DNA from: Albugo candida
Lineage: Eukaryota
Direction: 5' to 3'
Length of the DNA stretch: 64,000 bases
NCBI GenBank assembly: GCA_040437565.1
Contig: JBDOQK010000072.1
Coordinates: 62,001-126,000, forward strand
Each line of letters starts with the position of its first letter. The stretch's first letter is position 1. Shown piece by piece: positions 39,051 through 53,000 of this stretch. A model generated the notes under the pieces. It saw only the letters and a list, made by a program, of their open reading frames with translations. It had not been told where the DNA came from and made no database searches. The translations under genes were made by a program, and so were the position numbers.

Positions 39051-40721
39051 ATTAGGTAGTCTGCGCTCCAAGCCACAGTCAATAAGGTACATCAGAACAC
39101 CCGTAGAGTTCCTAAAAGTCCATTGGATTTATGGTTTTGTATTGCTGCATATATCATACACATGTATACAATCGGTACTTTGCATCTCGCTTACATACGG
39201 AGTCCAAATACATTGGCCAAAGTGCCATAGCCTTTGCGAATTGAAGTCCGTGGTATAAATAATTTTCATCTGCATATTTTACAATACATATCACAATACT
39301 TTGTAATTTGGCACTGATTGATCTGACCATCTTAGCTAAATATTGAATCATGGCACTTGTGACTGCTTACATTTCTTATACCAAGATTGCCATACATACT
39401 ATTACGATTGCCATCTATGCTTGAGATGTGTCAGAGACCAATATCGAACATTGCACAAATAAAAAAGTCGAGGACAATTCCACCATTCGACTACTGATCG
39501 ACCAGAGTTGGGATGACACCATCGTTTTGGCGTATTATGAGGTGAACGATGCGCATCTGTCTCTTGTCAAGCTCCATCATGCGTAAACTCGTTTGATAAA
39601 TAGGCTCAACTTTGCTGACGGAAAGTGCACAGGATCACGTCCTGCGTAGAAGCATCAAAGGTGATAGTACGTAAATACTGTGGAGGAGTAGTGCGCACGC
39701 TAAAGATCAATCATATATCGACTCGAAAAGCAAGAGTAGGGTCACTTTTTATGTTAAATCGTAGCTGGGGACGTAAAGAAAGTGGTGAGGGTAAGTTCCC
39801 CTCGGCCCATGTCTTGAAGTCAGACTATGTGGTCTTACCGGGTTCTTCGCACTTACAAATTGTCATGATAGCTAACATGCTGACGACGATTACAAAGCAT
39901 TTGCTGGATGACGAAAAAAACGAGCTTATACAACTAGCAACGGCCACTTTCGTAGAAAGATGTTCGCCGACTAGTAAAGGAAGCTCAGAAGATATATCGG
40001 ATGTGTGGTAAGGACGAGCGAAATCGTCACCTTCAGAATCTAAGAGCACGTATCGGTGCCATAGACGACGAGATACCATCGCATCGCAGTAAGTAAACCT
40101 CGCTTCATCCCTAAGTTTCTCGCGGAGTACATCCAAAGCTTCTCCATGACGTCTTACAGGAAGATTTTGCATGCTGCCATTCGTGCGTTCTCGATAAACA
40201 ATCTACTCAAACATGAAGGAGAGTAGATCATGGGTCCGGTCAGTATCATACGCAGCCGATGCATCACCTGACCTTATAGTGTACAGATCAAGTGTATTCC
40301 TATTTCGAAAGCGGAAGCAATAGGACACTTGTGTAAGAATGAGAAAGAACGAATCATACGTTCTCTAGGCTGGGGCAGCTGTTCGAAGAAGCGCCAACAT
40401 GCAATAAGCTGGAAATTTTTTTTTTGGTTTGGGTTATAGCCTTTTTCTTCATGGTAGGTGCCACATGTATGATAACTATATCGTTAATGGCGGCATGGGC
40501 TCGGAGGAGACATTTTTCTACACACTTGGACGCAAACGGCCCAAAATTGCATTTCACATAGGCGAGATCGACATAGACGGTAGCAGTGCGTGACGGGAAC
40601 TAGGGCAGTCTCGAGTATCAGCGCACGCGATTTTCCAGCGGGAATGCAACTTTATCGCTTTTACAGCCGTGAGGCAGAAAATAAATCCAAGTTTTAGGCA
40701 ACAAGGAATGAGGAAGTAGAC

Positions 40722-42379
40722 ATGCTGATAAAAGAAATAAATCAAACGATCCCATTTGGGATGAGCTATCGAAAACAAGCAAAGAGAAATGCGGCTAGCA
40801 ACCTAAAAATAAGTTTTACTGATGACACTTCTCGCGTTGCTGACTCGTCAGCCCTCGTAGCCCTTTGGGCTATATATAATGTGTGTCAGGTGATTACTCG
40901 GATTGCATTTGATATTAGGGAATTGCTATTTCCACCCACCACGTGACCTTTTGACCAATCAGATTACGGCGTTATTTTCTATCAACCATTTATTATTTCC
41001 ACCCACCGCGTAACTTTCTGACCAATCAGACCACCCAAGTTTCTTACCATTTACACCCACCTTTTATGACAGGAGTACTTCATTCAAAAGTATTGACTGG
41101 TAGACCACCCCTGGATGCATATAAGCTTCCATGGACGGAATTACTCCAAGAGTACTGAAAATCGGCTATCCGTGTCGCATCCGTAAGAGATGAAATAGAA
41201 TACCCTTTCAGTACAAAGAATTCTACTGGTAGAAAGCTTTCGCAAACCTGCACTCAATTGCACCAGCGGGTACTTCGGAATTCAGGCGATACATACAAAT
41301 GGTATAGCGGTATAAAGATGCCAAGTCCACTGAAAACAGCTACGTGCAACATCTAGAAACGATAGCCAATCTTAAAACAGTACAAACGCAGGGCGTCTGT
41401 GCAAGTCACAAATGTATTTACGAGTTATTTTAATTTTTGCTCGTGTTAAAAGAAATAGGGCAAAAGGTCGCTGTCGTTATCAGTCCATTTCTCAGATTGA
41501 ACGTACGTTCAATTTCCACATACCTTCTCGCAAGATGTTTATATAGACGACAGATGATGGCGATCCGTAAATGCGCACTTTACTGTTTGCAAACGACGCG
41601 GTACAACGAAAGCATGAGAAGACTGGCTGATCTAGAGTTGGGATCATATGAAGGTGTGCAACTATGAGCTCTGATACCTTTGATCGGCATGCAGGACTGT
41701 GAAACTGCAGCCATATTTTTAACAGCGGGGTGGAAATACCGCCGTAATTTGATTGGTCAAAAAGCTATTTGTGTGGTGGGTAAAAATAGTAGAAAGTTGA
41801 TTAGGATAACGCCGTAATCTGATTAGTCAGAAAGTTATGTGGTGGGTGGAAATAGCAATTCCCTTGATATTATTGTCTTCGAATGCAGTGATAGTGCAGA
41901 ATACGGTNNNNNNNNNNNNNNNNNNNNNNNNNNNNNNNNNNNNNNNNNNNNNNNNNNNNNNNNNNNNNNNNNNNNNNNNNNNNNNNNNNNNNNNNNNNNN
42001 NNNNNNNATTATTGTCTTCGAATGCAGTGATAGTGCAGAATACGGTACCGATTGGGATAGCATTATGATGTCTATCCGAAAATGCAAAACGTTTTTCGGC
42101 GCGAGTGTAAATTGTACTCGGAACACTGGTGCATCAGATAGTAAATACTCGAAAAGGACGAATGAAAAAGTACCGGATACGCCACCAAAAACAGACTCCG
42201 CGTTGATCAGAATATTAGGCTCAGATTGGGCTGATCGCCGCGGTCAACCATTGTCGCCTGCAATGAAACTATACTGGGGAATCTTTACAATCGTCATAAC
42301 TAGTGGATTATATACACATTGGAATGGACTCCCAGGTAGCATGTCGTTTGCATGTTGTATAGTTGAGAAGCCTCACTGA
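40722..42379 (+). pseudogene. Unknown ~187-aa ORF interrupted by a MULE insertion
   Basis: Removing 40918-41872 and the gap-flanking duplicate joins ...TRIAFDI to IVFECSDSAEYG... in frame with no stop until 42379. Confidence 0.45.
40918..41863. mobile_element. Non-autonomous MULE (Pack-MULE-like) with RecQ-like helicase fragment
   Basis: TIRs gggaattgctatttccacccaccac ... gtggtgggtggaaatagcaattccc and a perfect 9-bp TSD ttgatatta (40909-40917, 41864-41872). Confidence 0.9.
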
Positions 42380-44229
42380 TCCTTCAACTTGTTGGTTCGT
42401 AGAAACATATTTTCTACAGCTTGTTAGCACGTGGTGCAACGACAAAATGGGGCTATCAAAAGATAGTAACTTTACAACAGAAGTGTCTGATGATCATGCT
42501 CGTAAAGACTGAGAGCAAACGAAACTATTGGAGGCGATGTCATTTATGTGCTAATACGCTAAAAATTGCCAAAATTGAATTGTTTACCATTTCAGTCTGG
42601 AGCCAACCCTGTGCGATTCCAAAGCTATCAGTCCGAGCTGAATCACTTAATCGAGGACTAGCTGGAAAATTTTCCTTACACCATTGGTTGAAAATACTAT
42701 CATTGATGCCTTGACATGCTTCGTTACGATGACTATTGTTCTCCAATGGGCTCAGCTTAACATTCGGTACGTCTTTATATCGATCAATCGAGCAAGCATT
42801 TGATGCATGTGCAGCTTCTCGAATATTCCTGTTTCTATAATTCTCAGCCGTACTGGGTCTCTGTGTTTTCACCTTCTACTAATTTCATTGTCAAAGTTGA
42901 CTTGAGAAAAAACGATAATAATGCACGTGATATCTTGCAATTCTGAATTTCAAGCTCTTAATCATAGAGTACTTAATCGTCAAAACTAAGTCATGACATT
43001 TCATGGCGTTCGAAATGCAGGTCAACTAGTGGTAAGACTGATATCAAGCCTACTGCTTTCAAGCTTATATCATGACTCATTCTTGATGGAAAATTATGCA
43101 ATTTGGAACTTTTGGCGATTGGTCGCTTTTTCGATCCCTTACTTTCAATAAACATTTCCAGTGTGCACCAGACACCTGGTACAAGTATCGGCGCGAGCAG
43201 ATTCATATTAAGGATAACATGGAATATCGTTTCCTATTCTTCTTACATCTTCTGGATTGTACGGCTGTGGTACGTAGCACTGATATGATTTTTGATCGGC
43301 TGCATACTCTCCCTTAGCGTTCTCTCCCAGTAAATGTAAGATCGTACCCTATGAGTTGTGCACGTTTCTTCTTCGATAAGACATCCTTCACGATTATAGG
43401 CGATAACGTTGGGTCAAGCGATACAAAAGCGAGCACTCAGAGTCTCTCCGCCACTTACAGATACTTCTGTCAATTTGAATTCGTAAAGGGTGTATCTACT
43501 TTATTTCAATAATCTGCACTTTCATCTCCCTATCTTATCAGATCTGTAGAATTAGCTGCTCACGGGTCATATCTTGACCTTCACCATTGTAAAGGAAACT
43601 TGATTTTCTTAAACTATTGTCACATTACGGATATGAGTAGACATTGGTATGACCGATTAGCTTTCCTGGTGTTACGAGGGCAGCGATTATAGCAATTTAT
43701 GGTGTAGATAACGAGTGCAGGTGAGGTCTAAGACGAGTTACACGCCAAAGACACCCATGTCCCTCATTTGATGACCCGCTTCCTTGCGCCTGATTTACAA
43801 GGTATACCCACACCTATTTGATTGGCTCGAACGCGACATGATGGCAGAGCTACAATATGATGAGCTGATTTGCGCGTATGTGGAGGGGAAAGGAATACAT
43901 TCTCCGCCACGGTGAATGCGAATGAGTGTGTAGATGTATTGATAAAACGATAAAGGAGAAGGAGACGAGTATGCTGCAGATGTTTTGAAGTTGCAGCATT
44001 CCTTGCCAAGGAGGGTAATGCATGGCTGAACGAAAACGAGGTCAAATTGTTGGTGAATACCAATTGCCTTACGCATTTGAGTACCATGCGTAACACGATT
44101 GACGCCATTGGAATATGAGAGGGAGACGCGGGGTGCGAAATGAATGAGCACGAACTCTCCTCAGGAAACGGTCCACTTAACTTGTTAATGGTTGTTCAGG
44201 AAAGCACAAATCTTGGTGGAAACAACAGT

Positions 44230-45110
44230 CGAATGTAGTGCTAATGACTTGATTGAAGTATTTCGAGATAGTTCAGATGGCTGGCTGACAGAATTCCGTA
44301 CGAAATCAAATAATATCGCTGTTTGCTTCAATTGCGTCAATACCATAGTTTAGCGAACAACCTCTGCGGTCAAGACAAAATTCCCGAAAAAAAAATACTT
44401 ACCGTTTACTCTTCCTTCTCTATATCCATGGATGGATCAAACGCCAACAGAAATTGTTCGTCGTGGAGGATACGGCTTCATGTGATCCATTTAGGTGGCT
44501 GTTACTGAAATGAATGCTTGAAAAGCTACGAAATAAAGATACGAAGGATTCCTTCATTGGGTTTAAGGCAAAATGATTTGCTCTGTCTTGGATTTTGTGT
44601 TTCTCGAGGCGTCTACCGGACGGTTTACGATTAGAGGATGATCATCCGTAACGAAGCGGCCAGGAGTTTGCATCTTATCGAACAAAGTATGTGTATTACG
44701 TGACAAAGAAGAAGAATGTGGTGCGGATTTGCAGCAGCTGCGTTTGGAACTAAAAAAAACATTCGTCTAGAGGTATGACTCAGTGCCTTACATATTCAAT
44801 TATGTGCATCGGGCTACAATATTCCAGTTATGCGCTAGTTCGCTATTATGGGGATGACACGAGTGCACACTTTCAGATTGACTACCACAATCTAGAGGTG
44901 CTAATTCCAAATTTTACTTGGTCTACTCTACTTGTTCATGATGTTGTGCGCTTTAACACAGTCTTGCCCGATTCTGGTTGGAATAAATACAAGAACAATC
45001 AGCGATCTAATGGTGTCGTTGTGAAATTGAAGCACAATTCTGTCGACATACATTTTTCATTGAGAAGGGTTTGGTCAGCTGAAACGTTCAAGCGGGTTTT
45101 TCCTTGAGGC
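44230..45110 (+). pseudogene. Degenerate pogo/Tc5 (CENP-B HTH + DDE_1) transposase
   Basis: Motifs occur in the correct order: SDGWLTEFR (HTH 'S.GWL..F'), MDQTP, DDTSAH, IPNFT...HDV and a terminal W..ET.KR.F. Confidence 0.55.
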
Positions 45111-46230
45111 TCTCTACGTCCTTCACCGTGAGCCGATGATAATTTGACACATTCGCTGGTCAAATGTGATTTCACTGGCACAGCCATAAATCTGCAGCTC
45201 TTCCCAAGCGGAATCCATCTGAGGACTGCCGAGCACGCACCCGAAATATTATCGAATTGTTGCACTCATACAACTGCTACTGGCATTTGGTTAGTGGGTT
45301 ACTTGATTGAGACAATTCGCCTGAGTTGATGCAGAAGGATCCGCCAGCATGACCAACAGCAGAAGTAGCATTTCATGATTTGGTGCAGCTTAAAAAAGAA
45401 GCTACTTCTACTGCACTTGGGATCACCTGTTGAATTAAATTTGCGACTCGCCCGCAAACAGAATCAACGAGACACGTCAAATTGAATGAAGAACAAAAGA
45501 TAAAAGCTTGGATCTGCATGCATGTACACTTCTTCCCATAATATGGGGTGCCTATTTTCAACAGTTTGGTTGCGTTGTGGTGTTTCTCCAAGAAGTGATA
45601 TTAAAGACTCTGGCGATAGTCGCGTACTGATGATGAATAATAGTACTGTGACAGAAATCATGGGACGGCAAACTGAGTTGGCCTATTATACATTCCGATC
45701 GAAAACTGTGTGGTCCGAAATCTTATAATTCTAAATGTGCAAGACACTTTATATCAATGATTAGCCAAGAAATCTTGAAAAGTCAAGTATTGCATCATTT
45801 TCATCTCTATGCTCAACATGGTGCACCAGTCATGGGAATGGACATCAAGTGGAACTTGAAAGCCTCCTGTACTCCGATCAGCAACTAGTCACATTTACGC
45901 TGTGCAGCAAATGTGATGACTAAATATGTACAATTGAGACCGCAGCTAAGAAAGAATAGGCATGTATTGCTGTCATCGGTCATCGATCAGACAACAAAAC
46001 ATGATTTCGGCCTATGATGCATCGTGGCTTCTACTAGGATGCTTGAAGTTGCTCATTTGAGCTTTCTATCTTTGATATCCGTCATCTCACACGAGTAGAA
46101 GACTAAAAGGCCGAAAAACAAATTCGAGAGGAATACAGAAGATGAGTGGAAGTGTCTCACATTGTTACATGTCAACAATCTTCGATACTGCTCATCATTT
46201 TTCTTTGTGCCACATTCCTATCATGTACTT

Positions 46231-46472
46231 TTTCAAGGATTTCATTACACTGTTTATCTGGTTCTTCAACAACCTTCCTTATCCTATCATGAGCCCCTGA
46301 CCGTGTGAATATCACTTAAGTCTGACTTCAAACCTAGGGAGGCAGATATTTTCTAAGCTTATTACTTGGGTGGGCTCAAACCGCTGCCCACACTGCCGAG
46401 GATCGAACTAACGACCTCTGGCAAGGGTTCCGTGCGCTCAAGTGCTTAAACGACTGAGCTGGGTACGGACCC
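46231..46472 (-). mobile_element. tRNA-derived SINE
   Basis: The minus strand begins gg..tccgtacccagctcagtcg (A-box-like) and has B-box gttcgatcc, a ~160-bp body and a short A tail. It is flanked by the 14-bp direct repeat cctatcatgtactt (46217-46230, 46473-46486). Confidence 0.8.
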
Positions 46473-49400
46473 CCTATCATGTACTTGTGCGAATTGCTGC
46501 TGAGCTAAGAGAAAGCACCATTTGATTCTCCATGTGTGTTCGTTCCTCACACACATGGCGCCCACATTCAGCTCAAATACTCGAACTTGCGGGGGAGTGC
46601 AACTTTTGCTAAGCTCTCTTTTGCCCTGAGCATCGCCTTCACTCGACGTAGCCAGTGCTGCACACGCATTTCATTATGTATTCCATTTTCCCTCTAGGCA
46701 CTCTCCAATGCCAGTATTTATCAGTTTGCTTGTAAAAAGGTAATGCTGTTTCGCGCGTCGTCTGTGAATATTTGACATCATGACTTCGTTCAGGTCCCTC
46801 TACATCGTATGGACTTTTCCTGCCTCTATACTGAAGAAGTGAGTCGATGAACGCAAACACCATCATTCAATACTGAAGATTTTCCAGCGCCAATAGAAAG
46901 GTGCCTATTTGGCCCCTCATACATTCCAAAAACCAAAGGTGGCTTCCAGAATTTAGGGATGCTTAAGGAGCTTTCTGCTGCCAGCACTACCTCCTCACAC
47001 CACATGAATTAATTAGAAGCGTATTCATGCTAAATCACCAACGCTCTGGGAGACACGAAATTCAATTCTTCAAAGTGAGAGCCATTCATTAACGTTACCT
47101 CTAGTTGTGCTGCATATGATGAATGGAAGGGTTTTATAAGCTGTGTTTGAACGTGTGATTGGGCTTGGTGAGGAGCATATTACCTAAGTTTTGTTTGGTC
47201 TAGCGGGGCACTATGACGAGAATACAATGGTGAAAGACCCTGCTGAATGACTCCATGTTGTTTTCAGCATATCCGCTTTCAATAGTAGCCAGCTAAAACA
47301 TACAACCGGTGGACTGCATATCAATCTCTCAGAAATGTGATAAAGGTCCAGTGCGCGAATTTCATGAGTGACACAGTTTCGGCTTCCCCGGTGAGATTGG
47401 ATTGCGAAAGTGCCAAGGCTCCACCTGAATGGTGAGATAGGTAGAAATATCAAATTGGGATAAGAAGTAGTTGTTATATAAGAGGTTATTTCGTGAGCAT
47501 TTCCGATGTTACGTTTTAGCGGCCGTACTGATACCTTCTGCGGCTCTCTTCAGAGAACAAGATCTTCATAATGATATATAAATGGATAGCTGTTCGAAGA
47601 AGTCAAGACGGGCCAAATTTTGGGATCACTCGATTGCAGCGCGATCGGAAAAGGACATGTCCTAATGGGTCGGTGCTAGATGATGGCTATTAGACTTGCG
47701 CACGAAATGTGGAATGAACCACGGTAAGGAATGAAATCGTCATAGTTGGTGTTCGTTGATCAAGCAAGCGATGATTCTATCATTTCAAATAAAGTCAGTT
47801 TATACTGGCAAAGTCGAAATACTAGATTCATATCCTTCCACCATATCCTCGACAGAAGTTAAATTTGAATTCGATTCGACTGCTCCACACTAAGACTGAG
47901 TGCAGAATGTAATGCCGAATTGATCAATCTTAGACAATAGAATTTTATTAGCGCTTGCAGCATCCGAAAGGCTACACGACACCTCTTTTCAATCGTTAAA
48001 ACTCAGTAATTGTCGTTTTCTAATCTATTGATCTCCGAGCTTACTTCATATCTGTAACTCATATCGCTTCCTATTTGAACAATGTTTCGAAATTGGAAGA
48101 TAGCTATTTGGTTTGATACGTTTTCGAACAAGTCTTGAGAGATGTGATCGTTAAATACCTTGCTATTTATTTCTTCATTTTGCTTCGCACACTCGCTGGA
48201 GACAATCTTTGCTTTTTTTCGGCCGAATATAATTGTCGAATGGAAATTGTAGAGCAATCCAATATCTCTTTGCAAAGTCGTCCCGAAAACTAGCTCTCAG
48301 CATGCACGATGCGTTAATGTATTTGTCGGTAAAAAATTGCCCACTAATGCTTGCGTCACAAACTCTGTATCCCAATCGTAGAAAGTCTTGGAAATTTTTC
48401 GGAATTTAGAGGCATTTCCACAGTGAAAGCAGAAGCGTTAGCAAATTTTTGACACCATGCTTCCTAGATTCTTTGAACATAAAGAGTTTGATATAGCAAC
48501 CAACCTATGGTAATACAACCACTAGAATTCGCTCACTTTGCTTCCAGAACCAAGCTCAGCATGGCTCAGCCTTACACGATGCCTCTGCCCGCAGCCTTGT
48601 ACCAGAGAGTTATGTTTACAATAGCAATATGATATGTCTTAAAAAAACTGCGGGTATTTGTACGCCATCACCCAGGGCGATCAATCATAACAACCATGCA
48701 ATCACTAAATTTAGCATGATGAATGAGGGTTGCCGCGTCACTATGAGCGATCGTTAATACATTCGATTGGGTGCAAAATCTCCATATGGAACAATGTTCC
48801 GCTAGAAGTGGAAGGTTATTTCAGGAAATCTATCTATCCTGTAAACATACTAATTTACCGGCGAGATTCATTCGATGCAATAGTGTTGAAAAGGTGCTGA
48901 TACTCCAAATAATATCAAATCAATCGAAGGAGTTGCACAGTATAACGTACAATATAATTGTAGAGGATTTGAGGAAAATGGGATGCATGCAATGAAATTG
49001 GCCGCATGCATAAATTTACAAGTACGCGTATTCGTGAGACTAGTTTGATGTCTATTTGCAAGATATACCAAGTGCAGAATAACGTGTCGTTATCGATTTG
49101 AATTAGAGAATTCAGACGCTGGTACTAGTACAAGATGAACTGGATCTAAAATATAGGGCTGACAGGTAGCATTCCTGAGCTTGTTGTCAATTGTAATTAG
49201 CAAGACTTCGAATCCACCACGACTATTGCAGGAAAATAATAAGCCCGTTCAAAACCTAACAGCGGAGGGGTCCTACGTGCTAAGGAATTTTCCGACGACT
49301 TGAAGTCACGTACATTATACAGACATTGTTGACTTACAGCAGCATGTACGAATCATCTTCTTTGGTCAACGTAAGATTGCGAGGAAAAATTCTCCCTGAA

Positions 49401-49692
49401 TGCACAAAAGTGGAATCGCTCGGGAATGGGACCTCCCAGGATTTACCGCTCCCAAACATGCAGCCAATTGCTCATTTATACAGACAAAAGTAATCAGTCA
49501 AGAAATGGGTATGTCATATGATTGAGACAGACCAGTCGCCAACTCACTACATGTTTAAATGTATTTATTTCTGGCGATGCATTCTCTTACAGCACCTCTC
49601 TCGCTGTGCTTAAAGTAGGTGGAAGGACTGCACCGATTTTAGACTAAAAATATGCTATAGTTTCAAGCTGATGCTCAATTTCCTGTTTTTTA

Positions 49693-50016
49693 TTGATGAA
49701 ACAGTATGCGGAGCTTTTTGATCCTCAACTCGTACGCATTTTCAATTGTGTGGGCAAGCCGCAAGCGCTAGCTCGATTTTGGAATACCGACTTTGAGCTT
49801 GTTGAGCCTTTATTACTATTCGACTATAGTTGGATGATTTATGCGTCTCTATGCTCACTAGGCTACAAGCTGGATAGAAAGTATGAAAGATGGCTCGAAA
49901 AGACAAGACGATTCCAGACATACAAAACATCGAGTTGTTCCTGTCAAAATCATTTTCCAGTCTGTAGCACAAACGATGATTGTGTAGACACAGGATTACA
50001 AAAGAGGTCCAAATAA
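49693..50016 (+). CDS. Possible terminal exon of an unidentified gene, convergent with TARBP1
   Basis: 107-codon ORF ending 68 bp from the TARBP1 stop. No recognisable motif. Confidence 0.25.
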   Translation: MMKQYAELFDPQLVRIFNCVGKPQALARFWNTDFELVEPLLLFDYSWMIYASLCSLGYKLDRKYERWLEKTRRFQTYKTSSCSCQNHFPVCSTNDDCVDTGLQKRSK

Positions 50017-50084
50017 ATGAAATGTAACCTAATAGTAGAAGCAGAATTGTGGAAAGTCCCGTGACCCAGTTAGCCTATATTATT

Positions 50085-53000
50085 TTAGTCAGTTGAATCG
50101 ATGCTCCCCAATAGCCGTTGTCGTGTGTACTCCCATAGCAAAATTGCCCCACTTACATGTACGTTCAACGATCGCACTAATCCAAACTGAGGGATTTCAA
50201 CGCAGACATCCACGAGTCGAAGTATTTCCACTGGGATGCCGGCACCCTCGCTTCCCAAAATAATAACAACGTTATCAGGGAACCTAAACTCAGAACAGCA
50301 TTGACTACGAGATGTCTGCTCCAAGGCGATAATCTGATATTTGTCGACCTCTTTCCACTGACGAATTGCGTGAATGAGTGCTTCTCCACATGGAATTTCT
50401 TCCATTCTGATCCATTTATGAGCGCTACTGCTCATGGACGCAAACGTAGCATCGTTGTTTAGAACGCGGAGATTAGATACGACAAGTTTTTCGGCACCAA
50501 ATATCTCGCACGTACGTGCAAGTCCAGCTAAATTTGTAACTTTCTCGATGAGCGAAGCACACATAATGACACGATTGCCCTTTGGATAGCAGGAGTTCCC
50601 TGACATGGCAAATGACGGAAGGTGCTGAGAATCATTTACGCTAGTTACTGGAAGCGGAGGGTCAATTGTGAAAGTTTTACAGCGGCTGCTGACATCTATC
50701 TTTCGCTGAACGACTGATATACTCGCATCTACTGGGATGCTTTTCAGACTTGGTGCTTCGTGATTGTTGCGCTGGTTTAGATTGTCCAGGTCTTGTTTTA
50801 TGCAATTTAATGCAGCAGGGTTTTCATGAAAAGATGAGTGCGTGTACTCGAGTTGAAACTGCGTGTATGTATGCTTGAGCGATTCTCTGATTTGGAATGT
50901 CCATGAGAATTGGTCCTCCTTCGGAAGTATATCATTCGATTCCACATGCCAATATGTAGATTCCAATAGACCCTGCACGGAGCATCTGTGTCCGGGTTGT
51001 ATATTTGCAATCTGGAGGCTTTGGCGCCTAGACATTCTCATACATTCCTTATTTTCACTCAGAAATCGACATGTTTCTGTCAGAAAGCGCCATTCCAAAG
51101 GATGCATGCCACTCTTTCTCTGTTCGTTCTCATTGAGCGCAATGTAATGCGGTAAAAGTGTCCGTAAGAAGTACTGCGCAATTACGCGGACGTGACCATG
51201 AGACGCGTTCAGCCAGCAGAGAAATCCAGAAATTAATGTTTCGATTATCGGCATCGTCTGGATCGGATGTGGCGTAGATAAAGTCTCTGTGATGGTAAGA
51301 GTCTTCAGTGCCAGAACGGAATATTTTTCGATGTGAATATGAACAAAGTGGCCAAGTATCAATAACAGTGAAGTCATTTGCTGTGGTGGCTGATTGAAAT
51401 TGAATAAAAGCGGTAATATGTGCTTTTGTAATGTATCGGGAAGAACTTGCAAGTCATTGGACCGCTCGAGTAGGCGCATTCCAAAGAGCTCATAATAGTG
51501 CCGGATAGCACTGAGTTTTGGTAGACAGAAGATGGAATTGTAAAACAAATCCTCCACTTTTTGAAGCAATGAGAGACTGCTGATATGCCGAGTCAGCACG
51601 CAAAGCGCTTGCCAAGCTCGGACTTCATAACCAAAGACATGACTATGGATCATTTGCGGTTTTTGCCAATCCGGATCATTGACATAATGCTGAAGTAGCA
51701 TCAAAATTAGGCTATCCGTAATCTTGGGTGTCTCAGAAAGTTGTTCGAGCCATGTGAGTACGCGAAGTCGAACAAATTGATCGTGCGTCGGAGACTTGAT
51801 TCCACTGATGTTCTTGGTAGAGCGATTGATTTCTTTTGGTTCCCGATATAGTAAAAACTTGAGTATCATTGGCACGAACGAGGAGGCAACATCCAGATCC
51901 TGTTGCCATATGCGACAAAGCCGCGTAGCGAGATGGTAAATAACGTTTGGTCGATTGTTTTCTCCGTATTCGACTATAGTCGTGAACCACTTTGTAAACA
52001 GTTGCGGGTTGGCACAGTAAGATAAAGTATTTTCCAAAACGAAGAAAATAACAGCTTGAGTGAGCGCATCCGTCCTAGTTGAACAGTCCATGTATGTGTT
52101 CCAGACACTATTAATTATCGAGTCCGATGCGTCATGATCAGGTTCATCCTTGATGTAGCACGTGGAACAACATGTCAGTGTTTCTGTTATATGGAGAAGC
52201 GTTTCCGGTTGGGAGCCCATAGTTTCAAATGCTTCGACACAAGCCTTTGTAACCTGATGCTTCAGCTGGGTTGGAAGGTAGGGGCTACTTGTGACTATTG
52301 TATGTATTACCTGCCAGCGAGCAACTGTGAAAGCTGCCAAGGCTTTATTATAGCTCTTAAATGGTGTCATTTCCGCATCATTGGGTCCATTGTTCCCGCC
52401 GCTTGGTTCGATATGAATGTGACACAGACTTTGTAAAAATGGATGTGATGCATGGAAGAGAGGTATCATTTCAGCAACGTGCGGTTGCATCTTGCTCATT
52501 GTTGCAAGAAACTCCATGGCGATTGTCTGTAGCTCATAAATTTGCACCGTTTCTGACACACGCAGTTGAGTTCTAGGTGCAACCACCAAGACACTAAAAC
52601 GCAAAGTCAGATTAGAGAGAAGACAAAATTCCACCAAGGATCCTCTAGCTTCCATCAGATGGATGGCCACCTGCGTTCCTACTCTCACCACATTATTCAG
52701 CCAAAGGGTACTACAGTATTCATCAACCCAAAGTTTGCGAGATATGCCACATACGTGGTCCAACCACGCTTCAGCTAGTTCCATGGCGGTGCTGAATAAC
52801 CATTCACATCCGCTGAATCGATCATCAATCTTTTGGTTGATTTGTTGATATATTCCAATTGGATCCACTGAAATTCTCAATGAAGTGTGGCATTGATCAT
52901 GCACTTGATATTGTAATACTTCTTGCACTTCGTTTTCCCACGCTGCCAACAAGCTAAAATACAAACGGTGATCGTCGCTGTCTAATTTAGAAAGGTGTTG

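Noticed and set aside
42421..42714. CHLC motif as a CHxC effector
   Set aside because: Lacks the downstream Leu/Gly, has no clear signal peptide and starts at a non-ATG codon.
46380..46472. tRNA gene
   Set aside because: A and B boxes are present, but there is no convincing cloverleaf or acceptor stem. It sits in a TSD-flanked, A-tailed unit, so it is called a SINE.
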